A DNA stretch of 29,816 nucleotides from a virus (Duplodnaviria; Caudoviricetes), in IMG/VR virus record IMGVR_UViG_3300030095_005515, positions 1 to 29,816 of that record. The stretch is one strand, 5' to 3'. The position numbers were made by a program, and so were the translations under genes. Shown piece by piece: positions 1 to 6,998 of this stretch. Each line of letters opens with the position of its first letter. Positions within the stretch are counted from its first letter, which is position 1. The notes under the pieces were generated by a model, which saw nothing but the letters and a program-made list of their open reading frames with translations, did no database searches and was not told the DNA's origin.

Positions 1-2
1 CA

Positions 3-41
3 GAGACTCTTAAAACTGCTTTTGAAGATGCGGGGGTATAA
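3..41 (+). CDS. 3' end of an upstream gene truncated by the window edge (…ETLKTAFEDAGV*)
   Basis: Open frame from 3 to TAA at 39-41, overlapping the start of the exonuclease gene as is usual in this operon. Confidence 0.4.
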   Translation, partial: ETLKTAFEDAGV

Positions 42-765
42 TGTAAAAACTGCACTGATAGATGCTGACATAATGATGTATCGTTCAGCGTGGAAGCATG
101 AGGGTGATGATATTGAAAGTGCTTATGAAAGTATTGATGCTATGTTTGACCATATATTTGTTATGACAAAGTGTTCAAGTTACATAGGGTTTTTAACGGG
201 TAAAGGAAATTTTAGAAAAGATGTAGCTAAAACTAAACCTTACAAAGGAAATAGAAAAGATATGGTTATCCCTGAGCATTTAGACGCTGTAAGGGATTAC
301 CTTATAGAACAATGGAAGTGTGATGTTGTAGAGGGTTTAGAGGCTGATGATGCTTTAGGTATTTGTCAAACAGAAATGAAAGATACTTGTATATGTAGTA
401 TTGATAAAGATTTACTTCAAATAGAGGGGTTGCACTACAATTGGAATAAATCTGAGTTTACTGAAGTTTCAGAAAATGACGCTTGGTTTAAGCTTTATCA
501 ACAAACATTATCAGGAGATAGTACTGACAATATTGTGGGTATACCTAGAGTTGGAGAAAAGACTGCTAAAAAAATACTAGCAGAATGTTACTCGCCTCAA
601 GAAGCCTCAATAGCTACTATAAATGCTTACGGTAATTATTACAAAGACGATAATCATCTTACTATGTATCAAGAAAATTTTGACTTAGTTAAAATATGTA
701 CTTCTTTAAGTGATTCAAGGATAAAGGAAACCTTTACTATACCACAAATAAATTATATATTTTAA
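28..765 (+). CDS. 5'-3' exonuclease / flap endonuclease (T7 gp6-like, PIN fold + H3TH)
   Basis: LIDAD N-terminus, NFRK..YKGNR, LEADDALG, SIDKDLLQI, GDSTDNIVGIPRVGEKTAKKIL (H3TH). ATG at 28 preferred over TTG at 22. Confidence 0.92.
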   Translation: MRGYNVKTALIDADIMMYRSAWKHEGDDIESAYESIDAMFDHIFVMTKCSSYIGFLTGKGNFRKDVAKTKPYKGNRKDMVIPEHLDAVRDYLIEQWKCDVVEGLEADDALGICQTEMKDTCICSIDKDLLQIEGLHYNWNKSEFTEVSENDAWFKLYQQTLSGDSTDNIVGIPRVGEKTAKKILAECYSPQEASIATINAYGNYYKDDNHLTMYQENFDLVKICTSLSDSRIKETFTIPQINYIF

Positions 766-766
766 A

Positions 767-1018
767 ATGGACGAAAAAGAATTGAGAAAAGAGATTATGA
801 AACAACTTACTCAAACAAATGACTCTTGTCTTTTGGTTTTAGGTAATTTTATAAGCTCTGAAGCTATGGATATTGAATTTGCAGTAACGGCATCCGATGA
901 AGAATTATACGTGATGTTCTGTGAGTTATTTAGAAATGAAACAATTAGAGATGAGGCTAGAAAGGCTGTACTCTTCTCTGATTATGGAAAAACAAACGAC
1001 AGCCTAAACATTAATTAA
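767..1018 (+). CDS. hypothetical protein
   Basis: 83-aa ORF packed in the operon, A-rich start context. Confidence 0.75.
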   Translation: MDEKELRKEIMKQLTQTNDSCLLVLGNFISSEAMDIEFAVTASDEELYVMFCELFRNETIRDEARKAVLFSDYGKTNDSLNIN

Positions 1019-1024
1019 TTTATT

Positions 1025-1360
1025 ATGCAGAACTCAATTAAAGGGACTTTAGTTAAAGTCTTAGAAAAAGAAACGGGAACAACTAAAGAAGGTAAAGAAT
1101 GGAGCAAGAAAGCTTTTATCGTAAAAACAGAAGACAAATTCCCGAAAGAGGTTTGCTTTACTCTGTTCGGAGAAAAAGTAAGCCTTTTAGATTCTCACTC
1201 GATTGGAAGTCAAGTAGAGGTTCACTACAATCTTTCTTCAAGAGAGTTTAAAGGAAAATACTATCACAATATTGACGCTTGGAAGATTGATTCTGAAACA
1301 GCGACATCTACACAATCTGAATGGAAATCCGCTAAGGAGACTTCAGATTTACCTTTCTAG
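1025..1360 (+). CDS. ssb: DUF3127-type OB-fold single-stranded DNA-binding protein (Bacteroidota type)
   Basis: GKEWSK..F, DKFPKEVCFTLFGEK, SREFKGKYYHNIDAWKI and a C-terminal DLPF tail. Confidence 0.88.
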   Translation: MQNSIKGTLVKVLEKETGTTKEGKEWSKKAFIVKTEDKFPKEVCFTLFGEKVSLLDSHSIGSQVEVHYNLSSREFKGKYYHNIDAWKIDSETATSTQSEWKSAKETSDLPF

Positions 1361-1391
1361 TTATATCATAATTAGGGTTATTTATTAAATT

Positions 1392-1415
1392 GTAAGGGGG
1401 ATTCGTCCCCTTTAC
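1392..1415 (+). terminator. 10-bp hairpin with TTCG tetraloop (terminator or processing site)
   Basis: GTAAGGGGGA-TTCG-TCCCCTTTAC just after the SSB stop; only a weak U-tract. Confidence 0.65.
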
Positions 1416-1437
1416 TTAACCAATAAACTTTTTTAAA

Positions 1438-1653
1438 ATGAATAAAAAAATATCACAAAGCGAAATAAATAAGAGAATAAAACAAGTAACTGCAGAAGCT
1501 GAGTTTAGATTTAAATGTTTAGAGCTGGCTACTCCTTTCTCTAAAAAAATTAGTGAATTAATTGAAAACGCTACAAGCATTTATAATTATGCTTTTCATA
1601 TAAATCCTGAAGCACTTAAAAAAGCTAAAGAAAATGCAGATAGTTCTAAGTAA
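1438..1653 (+). CDS. hypothetical protein
   Basis: 71-aa ORF, TTAAAATG start context, overlaps the next gene. Confidence 0.7.
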   Translation: MNKKISQSEINKRIKQVTAEAEFRFKCLELATPFSKKISELIENATSIYNYAFHINPEALKKAKENADSSK

Positions 1654-2056
1654 AGACCAAGAGTTAGACTACGCTATTCAGTTTGTTTCTGATTTAATCG
1701 GGGTGTCTCCAATAGATATAATGGGTAAGACTAGAGTTAGGGATGCGGTAATTTCTCGGCACTTTCTAAGATACTACTTAAAGAATAAATGCTTTTTTAC
1801 TTTTTCTGAGATAGGTAGAATGACGGGGTGTAATCACGCTACTGTTATACACTCTGTAAAATATGTAGAAGAAAACGCTCCATACGATAGACTTTACTCC
1901 TTATATAAGGATAGTTTAGATAAAGGAATATTAAAAACAAACTCAGATATAAGAGTTAGTATTAGTAGAATACTAAATACTAGAAGGTCTAACGAATTTA
2001 AATGTAACGCATTAATATCATTATTAAATGAAAGAATTGAGAGTTCAAACGAATAG
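1634..2056 (+). CDS. stand-alone DnaA C-terminal (domain IV) helix-turn-helix protein
   Basis: DIMGKTRVRDAVISRH…FSEIGRMTGCNHATVIHSVK matches the Bac_DnaA_C signature; no AAA+ domain. Confidence 0.85.
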   Translation: MQIVLSKDQELDYAIQFVSDLIGVSPIDIMGKTRVRDAVISRHFLRYYLKNKCFFTFSEIGRMTGCNHATVIHSVKYVEENAPYDRLYSLYKDSLDKGILKTNSDIRVSISRILNTRRSNEFKCNALISLLNERIESSNE

Positions 2057-2288
2057 GGGGTGTTCTAGGCCTGTGGTGGCTGTTTGCCTTGACGAAAAAG
2101 CAAAGGAGTTATTTATGCAGGCTATATACTTTACAAGCGTTAGAAGTTGCGCAAAGTATTTAAACAGAAACCCCGCTGCAGTAACTAAAGTTTGTCAAGG
2201 AGCTTGGCACACTTGTAATAGCCATAAAGTATATTACGAAGAAGATTATGAAAAAAAATTCGGTAAACCTGTAAAGGTGGATTGGTAA
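2028..2288 (+). CDS. NUMOD1/IENR1-like small DNA-binding protein
   Basis: RPVVA…YFTSVRSCAKYLNRNPAAVTKVCQG..HTC..HKVYY resembles the NUMOD1 HTH module. Confidence 0.6.
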   Translation: MKELRVQTNRGCSRPVVAVCLDEKAKELFMQAIYFTSVRSCAKYLNRNPAAVTKVCQGAWHTCNSHKVYYEEDYEKKFGKPVKVDW

Positions 2289-2300
2289 ATAAAAAAAACT

Positions 2301-2951
2301 ATGAACAGAGATTTTAAGGGAATATGGATACCTAAAGAGATTTGGGAATCCAAAGAAATATCTATGCAAGAAAAAGTTTTCTTAGCTGAAATACACAGCT
2401 TAGATAATGAAAAAGGATGCATAGCAAGTAATGCTTATTTTGCTGAGTTCTTTCAGTTAAGTAAATCTAGCGTTAGTAGGGTTATATCTTCATTAGCTAA
2501 AAAAGAATTTATAAAGGTTTATTTAGTATATAAAGATAATAAGGAGGTTGATAAAAGAATTATAAGGTGCTGTAAGTATGGTAAAAAAGAAATAAAGACA
2601 GTAAAAAAGGAAGTTGTCAAATCATCTTATAATAGATTACCTGATGGGTTTGCTTTTAAAGTTATTGAGCACTTAAATGAGAAAGCTAATAGAAGATTTA
2701 GGGTTGGTTTACCTATAAGAAAATTAATAAACTCTAGGTTTAGTGAGGGTCATAATTTAGATGACTTTAAGCACGTTATAAACGTTAAGTCCTCTCAGTG
2801 GATAGGTACGGACTTTGAAAAGTTTTTAAGACCCTCTACGTTGTTTAACGCAACTAAGTTTCAAGAGTATTTAGCTGAGAAACCATCAGTTTCGAAAGCT
2901 AATAAAACAGAAATTATTACTAAATCTCAGATAGGTTTTTACGATGTATAA
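2301..2951 (+). CDS. phage replication initiator / replisome organizer (N-terminal wHTH, conserved phage C-terminal domain)
   Basis: FKGIWIPKEIW…EKVFLAEIHSLD..GCIASNAYFAEFF.LSKSSVSRVISSL; C-terminal VIEHLNEKA…FKHVI..K..QW…FLRPSTLF..KFQEYL; lies directly upstream of the helicase. Confidence 0.85.
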   Translation: MNRDFKGIWIPKEIWESKEISMQEKVFLAEIHSLDNEKGCIASNAYFAEFFQLSKSSVSRVISSLAKKEFIKVYLVYKDNKEVDKRIIRCCKYGKKEIKTVKKEVVKSSYNRLPDGFAFKVIEHLNEKANRRFRVGLPIRKLINSRFSEGHNLDDFKHVINVKSSQWIGTDFEKFLRPSTLFNATKFQEYLAEKPSVSKANKTEIITKSQIGFYDV

Positions 2952-3879
2952 GGTAAGTGATAAGAATGATATAAAACAATATGCGGGAAACATATTTAGG
3001 AATGGATTACCTAAAGGTGTTACTACGGGAATACCTAACTTAGACCCTCACTATAAATATAGGAAGGGTGAATTAGATGTTATCATGGGTTTAGCAAATA
3101 TAGGAAAAACAACTACGATGTTTTATTTGATGTTAAACGCATCTATGAGGTATGGTTGGAAGTGGTTATGCTATTGCCCTGAGAACGAACCTGTAGGTGA
3201 TATGATTTCTGATATTGCAGAAATGTTTGTAGGAAAAAGCGCAGATAAAGATAGGTCTGATAGAATGAGCGCTAGCGAGTTTAGTAATGCTATTGATTGG
3301 GTTTTAGAACATTTCACTATCATCACCTTTACCGAGCAACCATCCGCTACTCAAGTATTAGATGCTTTTGAAGAGCAGATGGAAGTTGTTAAGTATGATG
3401 GATGCTTAATAGACCCTTTAAATGATTTAAGGGTTGAAAATGGTTTCAGTAAGTATGACTACTATTATAATATGTTGTCAAACATTAGGAGATTTAAACA
3501 AAAACACAACGTAAAATTTATACTTACTACTCATGCGGGAACAACTGCGGCTAGAAGAAAAGATGACTCGAATAGAGTTCCAGCACCAAGTATGTATGAT
3601 GTTGAATTTGGCGGGATGTTTGCGAACAGAACCGACAATTTTATAGTAATACATAGACACTTAAATAGTGAGCAGTGGGATACAACTGAATTACACGTAA
3701 GAAAGATTAAGTTCCAAAAGTTAGTAGGCTTGCCGACTCAAGAGGATAGACCCGTGTTTTTGAAATATTCACCTAAAAGTTGTAGATTTACATATCTAAA
3801 AAACAGTAATGGAGGATTTTTTGAAGACCCGTTGTCTGAAATAAAAATAGATAAACCAAGCGAAATTTTAAATTTTTAA
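2944..3879 (+). CDS. SF4 (DnaB/T7 gp4/Twinkle-like) replicative helicase, no primase domain
   Basis: GVTTGIPNLD, RKGELDVIMGLANIGKTT (Walker A), CLIDP (Walker B), LTTH, SMYDVEFGGMFANRTD, VRKIKF. Confidence 0.88.
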   Translation: MYKVSDKNDIKQYAGNIFRNGLPKGVTTGIPNLDPHYKYRKGELDVIMGLANIGKTTTMFYLMLNASMRYGWKWLCYCPENEPVGDMISDIAEMFVGKSADKDRSDRMSASEFSNAIDWVLEHFTIITFTEQPSATQVLDAFEEQMEVVKYDGCLIDPLNDLRVENGFSKYDYYYNMLSNIRRFKQKHNVKFILTTHAGTTAARRKDDSNRVPAPSMYDVEFGGMFANRTDNFIVIHRHLNSEQWDTTELHVRKIKFQKLVGLPTQEDRPVFLKYSPKSCRFTYLKNSNGGFFEDPLSEIKIDKPSEILNF

Positions 3880-3887
3880 TTGAGGTG

Positions 3888-3929
3888 ATGGGGAGTTTTA
3901 AAAGATTTGGTCGTCTGAGCTCCCCACAT
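3888..3929 (+). promoter_or_regulatory. intergenic stem-loop after the helicase gene
   Basis: GGGGAGTT pairs with AGCTCCCC; inner AGAT/GTCT stem encloses a TTGGTC loop. Confidence 0.5.
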
Positions 3930-3946
3930 TTCTTAAAACAAGGGTT

Positions 3947-4135
3947 ATGGGAAGATTAAAAACATTTTTAATACAAGAGCAAATGCGAATTAGTGGTAAT
4001 TGGAGAGAAAAAGATAGTTTAGAGTATTTAGCTTGGAGAAAAAGTATAGAAGAAAAAGAACAAATTTATTATGAAGGAAAAGGAAAAGTCTCAAGAGGAA
4101 GTAAACAAAGAGGTGGCAAGAAGACAATGGGATAA
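3947..4135 (+). CDS. hypothetical protein
   Basis: 62-aa ORF with ATG just after the intergenic hairpin. Confidence 0.55.
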   Translation: MGRLKTFLIQEQMRISGNWREKDSLEYLAWRKSIEEKEQIYYEGKGKVSRGSKQRGGKKTMG

Positions 4136-4220
4136 TTGGATTACAGACTCAAAAAAAGAAGAAGAAGAAACACAATTCGATGAATATGGAAATAGCGGAA
4201 ATGGCAATGAAGACTCTTAG
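4071..4220 (+). CDS. small acidic hypothetical protein (49 aa, not in the ORF track)
   Basis: ATTTATTATG start; translates MKEKEKSQEEVNKEVARRQWDNWITDSKKEEEETQFDEYGNSGNGNEDS*; bridges the gap between neighbouring ORFs. Confidence 0.6.
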   Translation: MKEKEKSQEEVNKEVARRQWDNWITDSKKEEEETQFDEYGNSGNGNEDS

Positions 4221-4527
4221 AGAGTCTCAAACAACATCAGAAGAAAATAAATTTATGAAAGCATACTCTACTATGCTTATAGAGGTTGAAAGAATGAATA
4301 CAGAGTTGATAAATAACGCAAGCAGAGTAAGTAACGATGTTTACGCTAAAAAAGAAAAAAGAATTGAAGACTTAAGGGAGTGTTTAGTTTTATTTAATCA
4401 ATCATTCTTTAAAATGATGTACTATAAACAAGAAATGGTTACTTGGAAAACAAAAGCTTTGGATAAGGAACTTGAGTTTGTTAACTTTGTAACTAAATCA
4501 TTAAATAGTGAGTCAAATAGAAGATAA
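4180..4527 (+). CDS. hypothetical helical/coiled-coil protein
   Basis: 115-aa ORF; the true start may be a slightly later ATG. Confidence 0.7.
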   Translation: MNMEIAEMAMKTLRESQTTSEENKFMKAYSTMLIEVERMNTELINNASRVSNDVYAKKEKRIEDLRECLVLFNQSFFKMMYYKQEMVTWKTKALDKELEFVNFVTKSLNSESNRR

Positions 4528-4834
4528 GGTTGTATTAAAGATTATACAGAGGGCTAACAAAGGTTTTCACAAATATGGAACAACCATGGAGAGAAGTGAT
4601 TTAAGTCGATTAGATTGGCTTATTCACGCTCAAGAAGAGGCTATGGACTTATCTGTTTATCTTCAAAAACTTATAGATGAAGAAGAAGAGAAAAAGCACA
4701 ACCAGGAGTGCTGCAGTGAAAGCAGGATTCCGAAGTGGACTAGAACATCGAGTATGGAAGAATTTAAAACAAAGACATGTGACGGGATGTGCTTACGAAA
4801 CCCTGAAGGTCGATTATGTGATTCCTGCGACTAA
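4508..4834 (+). CDS. MazG-like all-alpha nucleotide pyrophosphohydrolase-family protein
   Basis: GTG start; RA.KG..KYGTTMERSDLS..DWL.HAQEEAMDL.VYL with an EExxD motif. Confidence 0.6.
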   Translation: MSQIEDKVVLKIIQRANKGFHKYGTTMERSDLSRLDWLIHAQEEAMDLSVYLQKLIDEEEEKKHNQECCSESRIPKWTRTSSMEEFKTKTCDGMCLRNPEGRLCDSCD

Positions 4835-5093
4835 TCATACTTATACACCCGATATAATTCTTCCTAACGGAATAGTGATAGAAGTTAAAGGTAGGTTAGT
4901 TAAAGCTGATAGAGATAAGCATTTACTTATTAAAGAACAGCATCCTGAACTTGATATAAGGTTTCTTTTTCAAAGCGCAAACAACAAGATAAGAAAGGGA
5001 AGTAAGACAACTTACGCTCATTGGTGTGATAAAAATGACATACTGTGGTGCGAAAAAATCATTCCTGATGCTTGGTTAAAGAAAATTAAGTAG
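4677..5093 (+). CDS. T7 endonuclease I-like Holliday junction resolvase
   Basis: FRSGLE, YTPDIILPNGIVIEVKGRL (PD-(D/E)xK), DRDKHLLIKEQHPELDIRFLFQ, KGSKTTYAHWC. Confidence 0.93.
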   Translation: MKKKRKSTTRSAAVKAGFRSGLEHRVWKNLKQRHVTGCAYETLKVDYVIPATNHTYTPDIILPNGIVIEVKGRLVKADRDKHLLIKEQHPELDIRFLFQSANNKIRKGSKTTYAHWCDKNDILWCEKIIPDAWLKKIK

Positions 5094-5101
5094 TATATTT
5101 G
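5072..5101 (+). promoter_or_regulatory. Bacteroidota sigma-A type promoter (for the candidate sRNA)
   Basis: TTG (5072-5074), 19-nt spacer, TATATTTG (5094-5101), matching TTG-N19-21-TAnnTTTG. Confidence 0.7.
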
Positions 5102-5102
5102 A

Positions 5103-5177
5103 ATATTCCCTGTTTATCTCTGCATAGTTTGTTTGGTAAGAGACGAGTAGCCCCTTTGTAGGGGTTACTTTTTTTTT
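5103..5177 (+). ncRNA. candidate trans-acting antisense small RNA against the replication initiator start region
   Basis: ~70-nt non-coding unit between a consensus promoter and a strong terminator; 5103-5134 is complementary to 2292-2325 in blocks of 9+7+8+3 nt. Confidence 0.65.
5146..5177 (+). terminator. intrinsic terminator
   Basis: AGTAGCCCCT-TTGT-AGGGGTTACT 10-bp stem running into a 9-T tract (5169-5177). Confidence 0.85.
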
Positions 5178-5186
5178 GTATATTTG
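5155..5186 (+). promoter_or_regulatory. Bacteroidota-type promoter for the phosphoesterase gene
   Basis: TTTG (5155-5158), 20-nt spacer, TATATTTG (5179-5186); ATG at 5194. Confidence 0.65.
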
Positions 5187-5193
5187 TGTCGTT

Positions 5194-5916
5194 ATGGAAA
5201 AACAGTACAGGCCTAGACTATCTGAATTTGAATGGGATTTAATAAAAAAAGCTAGGCAATCTACAGGAAACGTTCTAATTGTAGGTGATATTCACGAACC
5301 ATTTTGCATTGACGGGTATCTTGAGTTTTGTTTAACTCAGTTTAGAAAACACAGGTGTTCAGAAGTTGTGTTTATTGGTGACGTAATTGATTCTCACTAT
5401 TCGTCATTTCACACATCAGACCCTGATGGATATGGGGCAGGAGACGAACTAGAAAGAGCTATTGATAAAATAAAACAATGGCATAAGTTCTTCCCTATAG
5501 CTAAGGTTTGTATAGGTAATCACGACGCAATAGTCAGAAGAAAAGCTTTTGATGCGGGGATTTCCTCTAAATGGATTAGAGATTTTGATGAAGTTTTAGG
5601 TGTTCAAGGATGGGACTTTAAAGAGCATCACAAAATAAACGATGTTTTGTATGTTCACGGAACAGGAACTTCAGGTAGAAATGCCGCAGCAAATAAATCA
5701 CTACAATTTAACTGCAATGTAATTCAAGGGCACATACACACAGAAGCTTCTGTAATTTATAATGGTCAATATTGGGGAATGCAAGTGGGTTGCGGTGTAG
5801 ATAGGAAGAGTTACGCTATGGCTTACTCAAAGCACTTTGCTAAGTCTTACAAACTATCTTGCGGGGTTGTTTTAAATAATGGTAAAATGCCTATTATAAT
5901 TCCGTTTACCTCTTAA
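5194..5916 (+). CDS. calcineurin-like metallophosphoesterase
   Basis: GDIHEP, GDVID, GNHD, HG and GHIH motifs; ATG 5194 preferred over TTG 5176, which lies in the terminator/promoter. Confidence 0.9.
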   Translation: MEKQYRPRLSEFEWDLIKKARQSTGNVLIVGDIHEPFCIDGYLEFCLTQFRKHRCSEVVFIGDVIDSHYSSFHTSDPDGYGAGDELERAIDKIKQWHKFFPIAKVCIGNHDAIVRRKAFDAGISSKWIRDFDEVLGVQGWDFKEHHKINDVLYVHGTGTSGRNAAANKSLQFNCNVIQGHIHTEASVIYNGQYWGMQVGCGVDRKSYAMAYSKHFAKSYKLSCGVVLNNGKMPIIIPFTS

Positions 5917-6289
5917 TCTTTTCTATAGAACGACCAGCAAAATAAGCTCCGTAAACTGTTATTAATAAGGTTTGATATATTGGCTTATAAGCTTCTTGAA
6001 TTTCAAATCCACCCATGTTTCCGTCAAATATAGAAAGTATTACAAATATAGCAGTTAGAAACACGCAGATAAGTGGTCTTATGTTTTTGCTTAACCAATT
6101 ATCAGCCTTCATATCAGCCTCCCATCTACGAGTTACTTGTTCTTGAGCATTTGATTCAGCCTCAATTAACACTTCTTCCATAGCTTGTTTAGCAGCTAAT
6201 CTTTCTTCGTCAGAAGTAGATAAATTATCTATTACGTTTCCAACTTTTTCTATAACATTTCCACTAAGGAATTTAAGTAATTTACTCAT
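5906..6289 (-). CDS. putative holin (3TM/GTA-holin-like)
   Basis: VIDNL.TSDEERL, RWEADM..DNWLSKNIRPL followed by two hydrophobic segments, YF.GRS.EK; adjacent to the lysin. Confidence 0.75.
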   Translation of the reverse strand: MSKLLKFLSGNVIEKVGNVIDNLSTSDEERLAAKQAMEEVLIEAESNAQEQVTRRWEADMKADNWLSKNIRPLICVFLTAIFVILSIFDGNMGGFEIQEAYKPIYQTLLITVYGAYFAGRSIEKIKR

Positions 6290-6687
6290 ATTATGTTTAA
6301 ATAAAATGTTTCAGGAAGGGCTTTTAATAAGTCCTTCATTGTTTTTCTAGAACTAGTAACATCTAATTCTCCGTCTGAATTTATATCTGAATATTTTCTA
6401 CCTACGGCAACGCAACCTCTTAGTTGTGTGTGGTAGTTTGCTTGATGTATAAGTATGTAGCTTCTATTTTCAACATCATTAATTAAAAAATGTTCACCGT
6501 ACTTTTCAGATGTTCTTCTAGTAACCAAATACTCACCAAAAGGAATACAAGATATATTTTGCTTATTATCATTCCAAGACAGCTCTAAGGTTTTACATTG
6601 ATAAACCTCTTTAAGCTCATCGTGTATAGTAAGCTTTCCTAAAGTTTCTTTTCCTGTATCCATAAGCCTATTAAGAACTACTTTCAT
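6286..6687 (-). CDS. DUF5675-family putative endolysin (L,D-transpeptidase-like)
   Basis: TLGKL, CKTLELSW.DN…SCIP.GEY, V.NRSYILIH.AN…LRGCVAVG, SR.TM..L. Confidence 0.8.
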   Translation of the reverse strand: MKVVLNRLMDTGKETLGKLTIHDELKEVYQCKTLELSWNDNKQNISCIPFGEYLVTRRTSEKYGEHFLINDVENRSYILIHQANYHTQLRGCVAVGRKYSDINSDGELDVTSSRKTMKDLLKALPETFYLNII

Positions 6688-6998
6688 TTTATATTTTTAA
6701 GTCTTTCGTTTTCTTTCTCTAAGAACTCAACTTTAACTTTAAGTTCTGAAACTTGAGCAGTAAGGTCTAAAACAGTATCTCTTAACTCATCTTTTTCATC
6801 TGATGCTTTAGCTAAAAGAGACTCTAAATTTCTAACTCTATTTTTTAAGTCGTCACGATATTGCATTCCATCATCATTTTTAACGTCTTCATTTTTTTGT
6901 TCTGCCCTGAGCTTCATTCTAGCTTCTAAGTATTTCCAAATAGACGCACTACCTAAAACACCTATTACAGTGATTATTATTTGAATATAATCTTGCAT
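6684..6998 (-). CDS. membrane-anchored coiled-coil protein (holin- or spanin-like lysis accessory)
   Basis: N-terminal TM segment (IIITVIGVLGSASIW) followed by a long heptad coiled coil; in the lysis cassette. Confidence 0.65.
   Translation of the reverse strand: MQDYIQIIITVIGVLGSASIWKYLEARMKLRAEQKNEDVKNDDGMQYRDDLKNRVRNLESLLAKASDEKDELRDTVLDLTAQVSELKVKVEFLEKENERLKNIK

Noticed and set aside
1634-2056. Host dnaA gene or pseudogene
   Set aside because: Only domain IV is present, intact and embedded in a phage operon.
2497-2615. TAAAA(AA)GAA-like repeats inside the initiator gene as origin iterons
   Set aside because: Degenerate, irregularly spaced and explained by Lys/Glu codons; cannot be supported.
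2160-3660. - strand ORFs 2160-2369 and 3478-3660
   Set aside because: Antisense shadows of well-supported + strand genes, with no recognisable motifs.
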